NCBI GenBank assembly: GCA_963816145.1
Contig: CAWFJP010000005.1
Location: forward strand, 288,001 to 352,000
Origin: an uncultured delta proteobacterium
Lineage (GTDB): Bacteria > Desulfobacterota > Binatia > UBA9968
DNA length: 64,000 bases
Direction of reading: 5' to 3'
Part shown: positions 19,696 through 30,244 of the stretch, in pieces
How the letters are laid out: each line of letters opens with the position of its first letter
Position numbering within the stretch: position 1 is the first letter of the stretch
The notes under the pieces: generated by a model
The model's database searches: none
What the model saw: the letters and a program-made list of their open reading frames with translations, nothing else
What the model was told of the DNA's origin: nothing
Made by a program: the position numbers and the translations under genes

Positions 19696-20667
19696 ATGAA
19701 AATCGCAGTGATCGATGATTACCAGAATGCGTTCAAAACTTTAAAATGTTTTCCCAAACTCGCCGGTCATGAGGTGGTGGTGTTTACCGACACCGCCAAT
19801 GACGTGGCGAGCCTGGCGGGGAAATTGAAAGACGCGGACGCCGTGGTGTTGACGCAGCAGCGTTCCTACTTTCCGCGCGAGCTGATCGAGAAGCTGCCTA
19901 AACTGAAGCTCATCGGTCAGACCGGTAGGGCCGCGACCCATGTCGATTTGGAGGCGTGCACGGAAAAAGGCGTCATCGTTTCTGCGGGCGGATCGGGGAA
20001 TCCCAACGCCACCGCGGAGCTTACCTGGGGATTGATCCTGTCGTCGCTGCGCAGTTTGCCGCGTGAAGTGACCCGACTTAGAGACGGCCAATGGCAATCG
20101 ACATTAGGTATCGGTGTCAGCGGCAAAACCATCGGCATCTACGCCTACGGCAAGATCGGCAGCATCGTTGCCGCGGTGGGCAAAGCCTTTGGCGCTCGTG
20201 TGGTTTGCTGGGGGCGTGAGGGTTCGACGGGCCGAGCGAAGGCCGCTGGATTCGAGGTTGCCAAGAGCCGCGAGGACTTCTTCGCCGAAGCCGATATTAT
20301 CAGCCTGCATTTGCCATTGAACAAAGATACTCGCGGCATCGTGACCGCCAGCGATTTGGCGCGCATGAAGCCGACGGCGTTGATCGTCAATGCCAGCCGT
20401 TCCGGCTTGATCGCCAAGGGGGCATTGGTCGAGGCTTTGAAGGCCGGGCGGCCAGGCTTTGCGGCAGTCGATGTTTACGACAAGGAACCGGTCGGCGCCG
20501 ATGAGCCGTTGATCAAGATGGGCAACGTCACATGTACACCGCATTTGGGCTACGTGACGCGTGAAAGCTATGAAGAGTATTACGCTGTGGTGGTCGACGA
20601 CATCGTCAACTTCGCCGCCGGCAAGCCGAGCCATGTTTTGAATCCGGATGCGCTTGGGAAAGCCTGA
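19696..20667 (+). CDS. D-isomer-specific 2-hydroxyacid dehydrogenase family protein
   Basis: MKIAVIDDYQ, GKTIGIYAYGKIG, SLHLPL, VNASR, AVDVYDKEP, TPHLGYVT. Confidence 0.9.
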   Translation: MKIAVIDDYQNAFKTLKCFPKLAGHEVVVFTDTANDVASLAGKLKDADAVVLTQQRSYFPRELIEKLPKLKLIGQTGRAATHVDLEACTEKGVIVSAGGSGNPNATAELTWGLILSSLRSLPREVTRLRDGQWQSTLGIGVSGKTIGIYAYGKIGSIVAAVGKAFGARVVCWGREGSTGRAKAAGFEVAKSREDFFAEADIISLHLPLNKDTRGIVTASDLARMKPTALIVNASRSGLIAKGALVEALKAGRPGFAAVDVYDKEPVGADEPLIKMGNVTCTPHLGYVTRESYEEYYAVVVDDIVNFAAGKPSHVLNPDALGKA

Positions 20668-21426
20668 TCAATGAGTTTGTGTAGCCGCCTTTTGCTCGAA
20701 CATTGCGACGCAAAACATCATGAATATGAGGAGTACCGCCGATGCGGAATAGCGGCTTAATGCCAATCCACCGCCGCTGTGAGGCTTGTCAAGAAAGTCC
20801 CCTAATACTGCGCCAAGCGGTCGCGTGAGAATGAATGCCGCCCAGAACAGTAGGGTCCGAGAAAGGTTTGTCCAGTAGTAGGCTACGACGACGAATGCCA
20901 GTTGTCCGCCGAATATCATCATGCCTCCGAGATATCCAAGCCCCGCTGTGTCAGCCGTCCAATCGCCCAGCGCTGTGCCCAAGGTCTGAGAAAACATAAT
21001 CGTCACCCAATAGAACATCTCCGCCTTTGGAGAACTGATCGCATCGACGGATACCGTGCCCTGCGAACGATGCCAGATGGCCAAAGATGCCATCAGCAGG
21101 GCGAACAATATGGAAGATCCGCCTGCATAGCCGATCCCAAGAGAGCGGTCGGTGAAATCCGCTAACGTTGTCCCGACCGTTGTGGTTGCAATGATGGTTG
21201 CCCAGTAAAGCGATGGGTTAAAGCCCTTTGCCTTAATTTGCGCGACTACGGTGACTAGAAAGATTGCTGCGAAAATCACCGTTCCAACAAGATAGCCAAG
21301 ATCCATTGACATGGACACTGCATCGCCAGCAGTTTCACCCAGAGTCGTCGCAGCGATTTTGATGATCCAAAAGATCAACGTAATTTCTGGGACCTTGGTT
21401 AAAGTACGTTCGGTAGGACTATTCAC
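20668..21426 (-). CDS. COG4705/DUF347-repeat membrane protein
   Basis: TKVPEITLIFWIIKIAATTLGETAGD, repeated T.GT..AD helices, FWAAFILTRPLGA..GD. Confidence 0.85.
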   Translation of the reverse strand: MNSPTERTLTKVPEITLIFWIIKIAATTLGETAGDAVSMSMDLGYLVGTVIFAAIFLVTVVAQIKAKGFNPSLYWATIIATTTVGTTLADFTDRSLGIGYAGGSSILFALLMASLAIWHRSQGTVSVDAISSPKAEMFYWVTIMFSQTLGTALGDWTADTAGLGYLGGMMIFGGQLAFVVVAYYWTNLSRTLLFWAAFILTRPLGAVLGDFLDKPHSGGGLALSRYSASAVLLIFMMFCVAMFEQKAATQTH

Positions 21427-21548
21427 GCGACTCTCCTTTTTGTTCCAGGCAATTTTCTGCCAGCGGTCATCAAATCACAACCGAATGTCGAAGCTGCGGC
21501 GACAAAGTGTAATTCATGGATACGCGGGAGTCGCGTTTTTGCCTAAAG

Positions 21549-21563
21549 CTTTCACAAATGTAA
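21549..21563. promoter_or_regulatory. putative OmpR/CopR-type binding site CTTTCA-N4-TGTAA (copy 1)
   Basis: ctttcacaaatgtaa in the divergent promoter region; the same motif recurs at 23790-23804. Confidence 0.45.
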
Positions 21564-21719
21564 CGCTGCCGAAAGGTTTTGGTAAGCCTTGTCAGTGAAT
21601 CGTCGAAGCTTGACCATTTCGCCGGGTTCGACCCCTCTCTGGTTCAGTGGTCGACGTGACTTGAGTTTGCTGCGACTTTGAATTTAACTACCAATTGAAC
21701 TAATTTCATTGAATCAACT

Positions 21720-22394
21720 ATGCGCATCCTAGTCGTCGAAGACGATAAGAAAATCGCCTCGTTTATCGTCAACGGTCTCAAACAGGGCGGCTTTACCGTC
21801 GATCACGCCGATAATGGGCAAACCGGTATGGAGTTGGCGCTCGCATCTACTTACGATGCGGCGGTGATCGATGTGATGCTGCCACAGCTAGATGGCTTGA
21901 GCCTCATAGAACGACTACGCCAGCACAAGGTGCAGACACCGGTCATCATCCTGAGCGCCAAGCGATCGGTCGACGATCGCATCAAAGGGCTTCAGCGTGG
22001 CGGCGACGACTATCTGACCAAGCCGTTTTCCTTCGCCGAGCTTTTGGCGCGGCTGCATGCGCTGATCCGACGGACGAATCATGAAAGCGACCCGACGCGA
22101 TTTGCCGTCGGCGATCTGGCGCTCGATTTATTAACACGGGAAGTTTCGCGCGGCGACGTCAAAATCGATTTGCAGCCGCGTGAATTCGCTTTGCTGGAAT
22201 TGCTGATGCGCCACAAAGGTCAAGTGATATCGAAAACCATGATCATCGAGCAAGTTTGGGGTTATAGCTACGATCCGATGACCAACATCGTCGACGTTCT
22301 GGTGTCGCGGCTGCGCAATAAAATCGACCGAGACTTCGACGCTAAGTTGATTCAAACCTACCGGGGAGTGGGCTATGCCCTCAAGCTTCCTTAG
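21720..22394 (+). CDS. OmpR-family (CusR/CopR-like) response regulator
   Basis: MRILVVEDD, IDVMLP, GGDDYLTKPF, TNIVDVLVSRLRNKID, RGVGY. Confidence 0.93.
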   Translation: MRILVVEDDKKIASFIVNGLKQGGFTVDHADNGQTGMELALASTYDAAVIDVMLPQLDGLSLIERLRQHKVQTPVIILSAKRSVDDRIKGLQRGGDDYLTKPFSFAELLARLHALIRRTNHESDPTRFAVGDLALDLLTREVSRGDVKIDLQPREFALLELLMRHKGQVISKTMIIEQVWGYSYDPMTNIVDVLVSRLRNKIDRDFDAKLIQTYRGVGYALKLP

Positions 22395-23775
22395 CCAATT
22401 GCGCAGATCGCTGGCGTTTCGCTTGACGATTTGGTACGCGGCTAGCTTTATCGTCATCGGCTGTGCGATTTCACTGATCTCGTATTTTTACCTTGCTTCG
22501 GCGGTGCGTGATAACCGCAAGCTCATCCAATCGAAGCTCAAGGAAGTCGCGAGCGCCGCGCAAACCGACGGGGCCGAGGCGCTGGGCCGCTCGGTGATCG
22601 TGGATTATCCTGTCCATGGCGGAAGGACGGTTTTTATTCGCCTGCTGGATAGCCAAGGGAATGTCCGTTTTCAGAGCTATCCGGAAATCTGGGATGAATT
22701 TCCCTCCGCGCCGCGAGGCGCGGTCGCGGTCGGTGTGTGGCACTACGTGCCGTCAACGAAAGACCGCGACGTGCTCGAATTGACCACGGTGCGATTGCCC
22801 AACGGTGATTTGTTGCAAGCGGGCAAAGAGATTCAAGACCGCAAAGAAATCCTTGAGCGGTACCGCGAAACGATCATCGGTGTGACTTGCGGCATGATTC
22901 TGATTGGCCTGGCGGGTGGCGCGTGGTTGGCGTATCGCGCGCTCAAGCCGGTGCGTGACATCACGGCGGCAACGCGCTCGATCGTCGCCACAGGAAACGT
23001 CGAGGCGCGGGTTCCCGAGCGCGGCCGCGGTGACGAACTTGACGGCCTGACGGTTTTATTCAATCAAATGCTCGCGCGCATCGACGCTCTCATCACAGGC
23101 ATGCGCAATGCGTTGGACAATGTCGCCCACGATCTGCGCACACCGTTGACCCGGTTGCGTGGCATTGCCGAAATGGCGTTGCGTAGCGAAGAGAGCGCCG
23201 AGCCGCAGCGCGATGCTCTGGTGTCGTGCATCGAGGAGTCCGATCGCATTCTCGCTTTATTGAATAGGCTTATGGACATATCCGAAGCGGAAACCGGCTC
23301 CATGCGTCTCAACATCGCGCCCATCGATGTCGCCAGTCTCATCGATGAATCTGTCGGCCTTTACGAATCGGTCGCCGAAGAGAAACAGATTGCCATCGCC
23401 GTGGATTGTCCGCCAGAAGTTCACATCGCCGGCGACCACGCGCGCATGCGTCAAGTGGTCGCCAACCTGCTCGACAACGCGATTAAATACACCGATGCCG
23501 GCGGTCATGTTTGGATCAATGCTAGTCGACAGAACACCGGGGTGTCGATCTCCGTGCGCGACGATGGTTGCGGTATTTTGCCTGAAGAGCGGCCACGGAT
23601 TTGGGATCGGCTCCACCGCGGCGATCGCAGCCGATCGCAACCGGGCTTAGGGTTGGGCCTTAGTTTGGTGCGCGCCATAGTGAGCGCGCACAAGGGCCAT
23701 GTCGAAGTGCAAAGCGCCCCGGGACAGGGCGCCATTTTCACCGTGTTGTTACCCGTGCATCCCACAATGGCATAA
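22375..23775 (+). CDS. HAMP-domain sensor histidine kinase
   Basis: Two TM helices, HAMP, AHDLRTPL (H-box), NLLDNAIKY, DDGCGI, GLGLGL. Confidence 0.92.
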   Translation: MPSSFLSQLRRSLAFRLTIWYAASFIVIGCAISLISYFYLASAVRDNRKLIQSKLKEVASAAQTDGAEALGRSVIVDYPVHGGRTVFIRLLDSQGNVRFQSYPEIWDEFPSAPRGAVAVGVWHYVPSTKDRDVLELTTVRLPNGDLLQAGKEIQDRKEILERYRETIIGVTCGMILIGLAGGAWLAYRALKPVRDITAATRSIVATGNVEARVPERGRGDELDGLTVLFNQMLARIDALITGMRNALDNVAHDLRTPLTRLRGIAEMALRSEESAEPQRDALVSCIEESDRILALLNRLMDISEAETGSMRLNIAPIDVASLIDESVGLYESVAEEKQIAIAVDCPPEVHIAGDHARMRQVVANLLDNAIKYTDAGGHVWINASRQNTGVSISVRDDGCGILPEERPRIWDRLHRGDRSRSQPGLGLGLSLVRAIVSAHKGHVEVQSAPGQGAIFTVLLPVHPTMA

Positions 23776-23789
23776 CGCCAACTCCGCAC

Positions 23790-23804
23790 CTTTCAATTTT
23801 GTAA
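23790..23804. promoter_or_regulatory. putative OmpR/CopR-type binding site CTTTCA-N4-TGTAA (copy 2)
   Basis: ctttcaattttgtaa, upstream of the DegT/GT9/ArnT genes. Confidence 0.45.
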
Positions 23805-24051
23805 TGTTCTAGACAGATTCCAGCAAGGTTTCCGATTCTGTTTTTTGTTTTCCGTGTTAGCTTCGTAACCATCGTGGTTGCTGCAAATAATTTGTTGTGC
23901 CGCGCCAACTTGACGGCTGCGATAGAGGAACAACGTGTTGTCTGAACAATCGATGGAAGCTGCAGTTAAGGAGAAGGCTGCTAAAAAGCGGTCTCTCAAA
24001 CGAAGCGCGACAAAGGATGCAAAGCTAAGCGGGCCGGTAACCGCGTCGGCG

Positions 24052-24666
24052 ATGAAAATCCCGCTGCTTGATCTCACGCCAAAGTTTCATTCCATCGAAG
24101 CCGAGCTGCATCAGCCCTGGGAGCAGATTTTCTCGTTTATGCGGCTGCTCAACGGCGCAAATCTACTGGCCTTTGAAAAAGAATTTGCCAAGTTCTGCGG
24201 CGTCAAGCACGCGCTCGGAATGGCCTGCGGTACCGATACTATTCCCCTGTCTTTGCGTGCAATGAATATCGCGCCGGGCGACGAGAATGTCTTGGCGGCG
24301 CATGCGCCGGCGCCGGTCATTGAACGGGTTATCCACATAGGTGCTGTGCCTGTACTGATCGACAAAGCCAACGCGGATTATGGCCCCGACTTGGACGGTT
24401 TATCGGCAGCCATAAGCACGACAACCAAGGCCCTGATCACCGTGCATTTTTTGGGTTTGCCCTGCGCCATGGATGACATCAATCGCATTGCCGCCGACCG
24501 CGGTGTCGCGGTAATCGAAGATGCGTCGCAAGCCCAAGGCGCGTTTTACCGCGGGAAGCGGGCTGCAGGCCTGGGAACGATCACCCCGATGAGCTTGGGG
24601 CCGGTAAAAAATCTAGCCTGTTACGGCGACGGCGATTCGCAGTGTTCCCCAACCGCTTCGGCTTGA
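24052..24666 (+). pseudogene. truncated DegT/DnrJ/EryC1/StrS (ArnB-like) PLP sugar aminotransferase
   Basis: MKIPLLDL, FEKEFAKFCGVKHA, IEDASQAQGA, PVKNLACYGDG, then similarity stops; the C-terminal domain is absent in all frames. Confidence 0.7.
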
Positions 24667-24699
24667 ACGCCGCCGGGTCACAATTTTAAGTGAACGTCA

Positions 24700-25863
24700 T
24701 TGAGTCGTATTAATCCGGCAACTATGAGTCAATCCGCGGTTCAGCAGCGGGCCTTCCGCTACCAGTTAGATCGACGCATTCGCGCAGCGGCGATGTTTGT
24801 AATGACCCGGATTATGCCCAGAACCGCGCCTGCGACCGTCGATCTGCGGCGCGAGAAAATTGAAAGGATTCTTTTAGTCCGCGGTGCGTTTCGTTTGGGC
24901 AATGCAATTCTGGCGACGCCGGCGATCCTACTGTTCCGCCAGAATTTTCCCAACGCTAGGATTGACTTCGTTGGCGGCAGCGCCGCTAAAGCGCTATTCA
25001 TTAACTTGCCGATCGATCACTTTTACAGCGTCTATCATAATTATTTAAAAGCTAGTTGGAGTTATCTATTCCTGCTCAAGGAGCTGCGCGGGCAAAAGTA
25101 TGATTTGGCGGTCGATGTGAGCGGATCGAGCACGGCGATGGGGGCTTTACTTGTCGGTGCGTCGGGCGCCCGGCTGCGCGCTGGACTGGCAGGGAAATGG
25201 GACCGTTGGTTCAATCTGCGAATTCGCCGCGCCGGCGCGCGGAACAAGTACGATAGTATGAGTCATTTGATTGGCGAGATGGGATTGGAAGGCGCCATCT
25301 GTTATCCGCGGGTGATTCTTTCGCCGTATGAGTTGGCGCGCGGACGGCAGCGAGTTCGCACAACGTTTGGCGAATCCGCAGGCCCGGTGGTGGGTTTGTT
25401 TGTCGGCGGGCGCAAGGCCCGCGGAAAGCGCTGGTCCAAGGAGAATTTCCTCCAACTCGCCTTAACGCTCAATGGTCGTGGTACACGGGTTATAATATTC
25501 GTCGGGCCGGAGGAACGGGAACTGGTCGCATATTTTCACGGCGAAGTCGGCCACCGCACCAAGGTTGTTTTTGACCCGGATCTGCGCCGAGTCGCCGCGC
25601 TGATCTCAGCCTGTGATTTGTTCGTTGCCTGCGATAGCGGCCCGGTCCATCTCGCCTGCGCGCTCCGGGTGCGCACCGTAGCGATTTTTCTGCATGATGA
25701 CTTCGCTCGCTGGGGTCCACCTTCTGAGTTGGCGCGAATCGTTTATGACGCAAATGGCGTGTCTGCTGAGGCCGTTTTCGATGCTTGTCGTCAGGAACTA
25801 TCGCCGAATAGTGCTATTACAGTCGATGAGAATCGCGCCGAGAGCGGTATTGCAGCAGGGTGA
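24700..25863 (+). CDS. glycosyltransferase family 9 (ADP-heptose:LPS heptosyltransferase-like)
   Basis: ILLVR...LGNAILATP, KRWSKENF, FVACDSGPVHLACAL. Alternative start ATG 24724. Confidence 0.85.
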   Translation: MSRINPATMSQSAVQQRAFRYQLDRRIRAAAMFVMTRIMPRTAPATVDLRREKIERILLVRGAFRLGNAILATPAILLFRQNFPNARIDFVGGSAAKALFINLPIDHFYSVYHNYLKASWSYLFLLKELRGQKYDLAVDVSGSSTAMGALLVGASGARLRAGLAGKWDRWFNLRIRRAGARNKYDSMSHLIGEMGLEGAICYPRVILSPYELARGRQRVRTTFGESAGPVVGLFVGGRKARGKRWSKENFLQLALTLNGRGTRVIIFVGPEERELVAYFHGEVGHRTKVVFDPDLRRVAALISACDLFVACDSGPVHLACALRVRTVAIFLHDDFARWGPPSELARIVYDANGVSAEAVFDACRQELSPNSAITVDENRAESGIAAG

Positions 25864-26024
25864 CCGCCGTCATTGAGAAGCGGAATGATGGCCTTCCCGC
25901 GCAAGGGTATTCTCGGTACGTGACGTTGGACAAGCCTCCGTTCCCTGTCTTGAGTTTTACCTGCTCACTTTAATAATCGGATCAGAGTCATGGGTGACAA
26001 GATAACCGACAACAGGATGTCGCA

Positions 26025-27521
26025 TTGAACGCCGCTGATAGACTCACAAACGGCGATAAATTATTGTTTGGGTTGATCTTTGCCGGTCTGCTTCTTTGCC
26101 TGCTGTTTGCGCCGCCGATCTGGAATCGAGGAGAAGCCCGGGAGGGCTTGGTTGTGCAGGGGATTGTCCACAACCAGCAATGGATATTGCCATTTCGCAA
26201 TGGCGAATTGCCTTCTAAGCCGCCACTCTTTCACTGGATCGCCGCGAGTGGGGCGTCGGTTCTCGGCGAAAGCGATTTTGCTCTGAGACTGCCTTCGGCT
26301 ATCGGCGCGGGCGTAATGATCTTATTTACCTTTTTGCTCGGTCGCGCAATGGGCGGTAGACTGACAGGGTGGCTTGCCGTTGGGGCGCTCTTGGGTATGT
26401 ATGATTTTTGGCATGCCGCGTGGCAGGCCCGCGTGGACATGATATTTAGTGCCTGTGTAACAGCCGCGATTGCCGGCTTTTATTTTTGGTATCGAAATCG
26501 GTCTGACAGGGCGCGCACGAGTTGCTATCTCGCGACGGTTTGTGCCGTGCTTGCTAAGGGGCCGCTTGGTATCGCGCTGGTTGGTTTAGTAATCCTTGGC
26601 TTCTTGGTTGTCGAGAAGCGGCCTCGTTTGTTGTGGACATTTTGGTCCTGGCCGCTGGTTGGCTTGGCGTTGGTCGTCATCGGCGGGTGGTACGGCTGGG
26701 CCTATGCCATCGGCGGGCAAAAGTTTTTAGCGTTGCAAATCGGTATTGAAAACGTCGAGAGGCTTGTCGGTGGTGAGGCGTTTCCGAGGCGACCCGTGTA
26801 TCTCGATACGGCGATTTGGTTGGGCACCCGAACGTTGCCCTGGAACCTCGTCCTTCTCTGGTCGCTGGTTCGATGGCGGCGCGGCACGCGTGAAAATAGC
26901 GACGGTCACCTGTTGCACGTCTGGTGGCTGGCGATGTTTTGTTTGTTTTCCGTGGCGGCGTTCGCGCGCTCGGTGTATTTTCTTCCGATGCTTCCGGCGA
27001 TCGCTTTGCTCGCCGCACGGGCTTTGAGCGCCGCGATGCCGCAACCTAGCGCGGCAAGTGACACCGGAGACGCTAAAACCACGGTATTATATTGGCGGAG
27101 TCCGGCAACCTGGATAGGCATCGGCGTCATAGTGTGCGACTTGATATTCATGTTCGTGAGTTACGGCAGATGGCGCGATGATAGTCAGCTCAAGGCGAGA
27201 TTGGCGTTTGAAAAGAATCTCAGGGTCTTGATACCTATGGAAGCCCCGCTTTTTGCTACTCCGGGGCTTGACGTCGACGAAGTCATGGTCCTGGCCTATC
27301 GCCTAAAGCGGGAGATCGACCGCAGACCGCTGGCCTGCGCGAAGCGAGATGACTATTTTTTGGCGCCCACTGACAAACTGGCGGCCGGACAAGCGCAGGT
27401 CCTCGCATTGTTGGATCGCAGCAAGGTTGCGCTCGTCCGAGTGGTTGATGAAACCCATTCTGCTAACGGGGAAGCTTGCAAAAATGATTCTTTTCAGAAT
27501 TCTGATGGCGGAGACGTTTGA
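26025..27521 (+). CDS. ArnT/PMT-like (GT39/GT83) polytopic glycosyltransferase
   Basis: GEARE, SKPPLFHW, RLPSA, ARVDM, LAKGPLG, YFLPMLPA and many TM helices. Confidence 0.85.
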   Translation: MNAADRLTNGDKLLFGLIFAGLLLCLLFAPPIWNRGEAREGLVVQGIVHNQQWILPFRNGELPSKPPLFHWIAASGASVLGESDFALRLPSAIGAGVMILFTFLLGRAMGGRLTGWLAVGALLGMYDFWHAAWQARVDMIFSACVTAAIAGFYFWYRNRSDRARTSCYLATVCAVLAKGPLGIALVGLVILGFLVVEKRPRLLWTFWSWPLVGLALVVIGGWYGWAYAIGGQKFLALQIGIENVERLVGGEAFPRRPVYLDTAIWLGTRTLPWNLVLLWSLVRWRRGTRENSDGHLLHVWWLAMFCLFSVAAFARSVYFLPMLPAIALLAARALSAAMPQPSAASDTGDAKTTVLYWRSPATWIGIGVIVCDLIFMFVSYGRWRDDSQLKARLAFEKNLRVLIPMEAPLFATPGLDVDEVMVLAYRLKREIDRRPLACAKRDDYFLAPTDKLAAGQAQVLALLDRSKVALVRVVDETHSANGEACKNDSFQNSDGGDV

Positions 27522-29268
27522 TGCCCGCGGCCAGTGAACAACCAGACCTCGCTATGGACCGTGCACAAGGAAATCGTTGGCTGCATATGGTTTTACTTGT
27601 CGCGCTGTGCGGCGTTCTCTACTTTCCCTACCTCGGCAGCACGCCGGTCTTCGATAAGGGCGAGCCGCGTGAAGGCCTCGCGGTGCAGGATATCGTCCAG
27701 CGCGGCGAGTGGCTGTTTCCACTCAAGCGCGCCGCGGCGATCCCGTCCAAGCCGCCGATGTTTCACTGGACGGCGGCATTGACCTATCAATTCACAGGTG
27801 TGCTGGACGAGGCAACCCTGCGTTTCCCGTCGGCGCTTTATGCGACGCTCGGGGTGATTTTTCTCTATCTCCTTGGCGCCAGGCTGTTTGGCGCTCAGGT
27901 CGGTCTGTTGGGCGGGGCGATTCTGGCGACGACGATGATCTATCAGACCCAGGCGGTGAACGCTCGCGTCGATATGACTTTATGTTTCTTCGTCACGCTC
28001 AGCTTGATTCTGTTCTACAGCATTTACCGCGGTTTCTTGAACCATCCGCTTTGGCCTTACGCGATGTATCTGCTGGTAGGCTTGGCGACCCTATCGAAGG
28101 GGCCGTTGGGGATAGTTTTGCCGGGGCTGGTGATCGCAGTTTTTCTCGCGCTCAAACGTAATTGGCAGCAGTTTTTCAAATTCGCTTTGCATCCAGGTGT
28201 GCTGATCGCGCTGGTCCTCGTGGTGGGCTGGTATGGGCTGGCAATCAGCCGCGGCGGCGAGGGCTTCGTCAACCGCCAACTCCTGTCGGAGAATCTCGGC
28301 CGCTTTTTCGGCGGCTCGGGCCACAGCCATCCAATTTACTATTACCTGGGTTATCTCTTTAGTCTCGCCATTCCATGGTGTTTGTTTTATCCATTCATGT
28401 TTTGGGATTGGGCCAAAGAGCGCGGTAGCGCCGATGACGATCTGCGGTTTCTGCAAACCTGGTTTGGCGTCATGCTGATTTTTTTCTCGTTATCGTCCGG
28501 CAAGCGTGCGGTCTACCTCTTGCCCATGTATCCGGCGTTGGCGCTGCTCTTGGCGGTCTGGTGCCGTCGTCAAACGTCGTTGGGCGTTTTTCGCACTTGG
28601 TTTCTCCGGATCGTTTCCGCGATCGCAGTCGTGAGTGCTTTTGTCATGTTGTTCGTCGCGCTGGGTGATCTCTGGACCCATGATCCGTCACGGCTATTCG
28701 CGCCCATTGAGAAAATGCTCAAACCGAAGGACCGTGCCAATTTCTCGGTGATCGTTAACCAAATCGCCGGCTTCGGCTGGATGTTCGATGCCGCGGCGCT
28801 GGCGTGGGCCGCTCTCTGGTCGCTGTTCGGTTACTACCTCTGGCGTGGCCGCATGGTTGCAGCCGGTGGCGCTCTGGTTGCACTGTCGATTATCTTGGCA
28901 TTCTTTAGCCGCGGCTTGGTGGAAGCGAAGATCGCCGAGACTAAGAGCTACCGGGATTTCATGATCGAAGTGAATCGTCTGGTCCAACCGGCGGAAAGGT
29001 TGGTTTTGTACGGCGGATTCAACAGCGATGCGGTGGTATTCTATCGCGGCGGACCGGTCGACGTCGCTGAACGGCCCGCTCGACGATGGATCGGCTCGGA
29101 TCGCCGACGGCGCATGGTTACATCATTACCACTGAAAAAACCTGGAACCGGCTTCAGCAGGCACAACCGAAGTTAGCGCCACCGTTGTTGCGCAGCCGCG
29201 GAACAGGGCCCGAAGGCGACGCGCCACTGGTGCTGTTGCATGCGGTCACTTCAGTAACCGCTACTTAA
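27518..29268 (+). CDS. ArnT/PMT-like glycosyltransferase with C-terminal frameshift (~29070-29110)
   Basis: GEPRE, SKPPMFHW, RFPSA, ARVDM, LSKGPLG, KRAVYLLPMYPA. The called ORF ends at 29176 with an Arg-rich off-frame tail; a plausible true tail GYIITTEKTW...GDAPLVLL lies in another frame ending at 29268. Confidence 0.8.
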
Positions 29269-30244
29269 AGAATCCCTCTTTCTCCAGCTCGCGCAGGGCG
29301 CGCAGAGTCGACGAAGTCGTCGAATTTCCAGGCCTTGGTTTTGGTCTCTTTACCCAGTTCGTCGAGCACCGTTTGGATGCCTCCAGGGGTCGGAAACGGC
29401 CGGCGGTCCAACACCTGGACGCTGCGCGCGAGAGCGTAGTCGATCGTCGCCGCGTCATCGGTGCGCAGGGAGACGCGGATCACCGCTCTTGCGCGTGGTC
29501 GCGTCACTTTGCAGCGCGCGAATCGATTCGGACATGCTTTTGATCAGCGCTTTGACGGTCTTCTGGTTGCGATCGAGATAGCTGCCGACAAAATTGAGCG
29601 ACAAGGAACGGGTACTCGATCTTGGTGTCGGCCAGGTCGGTGAGGACGTTGAAGCCTTCTCGCTTGGCCCGTGGCACGAAGTCGGCTGCCATGATCGTGC
29701 CGTCGACGACGCCGCTCAGGATCGCCGTGATGCGCGCGCCGGAATTGCCGATCTGCAGGACGGTGACATCTTTTTCCGAATCTAGCCCGCCTTCTTTGAG
29801 CGCCAAGTTGGTCTGGAAGTGGGAGCCGGAACCGAAGCGGCTGACGGCGACTTTTTTGCCTTTCAGTTGCTTGATCGAGGTGATCGACGGCGCGGCGAGA
29901 TAGACATGGTTGAAGCGGTTGGCGACCACGGCGGCGATGCGCACGTCGGCGCCGCGAATCTTCGCCACCATCGCCTCAGAGCCCTGGGAAAACGACAAAT
30001 CGAAAGTGCCGGCGATAAGCGCCTGGCTGAGCAGCGAACCGCTATTGACGTAAACCACCTCGACGTCGAGCCCGTTTTTCTTGAAAATGCCGGCGCGTTT
30101 GCCCATTTCGAGAACATAGTTGTTGATGCCCGTGCCGCTGTAACCCAAGCGCATTTTGTCCACAATCTGCGCTCTAGCGGCTTGGGTTCCAATCAAAGAC
30201 AGGAGAAACGCCGTCAGCCCGATTCGCGTTATGCCCTTCATCAT
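29261..30244 (-). pseudogene. NMT1/THI5-like ABC substrate-binding protein with three apparent 1-nt insertions
   Basis: Signal peptide, GIFKKNGLDVE, LKGKKVAVSRFGSGS. Removing single bases at ~29605, ~29492 and ~29307 gives a continuous protein ending FVDLRALRELEKEGFFK*. May be a sequencing artefact. Confidence 0.72.

Noticed and set aside
24664-24666. TGA ending the DegT fragment as a second selenocysteine codon
   Set aside because: No redox motif, no downstream hairpin, and no continuation of aminotransferase similarity.
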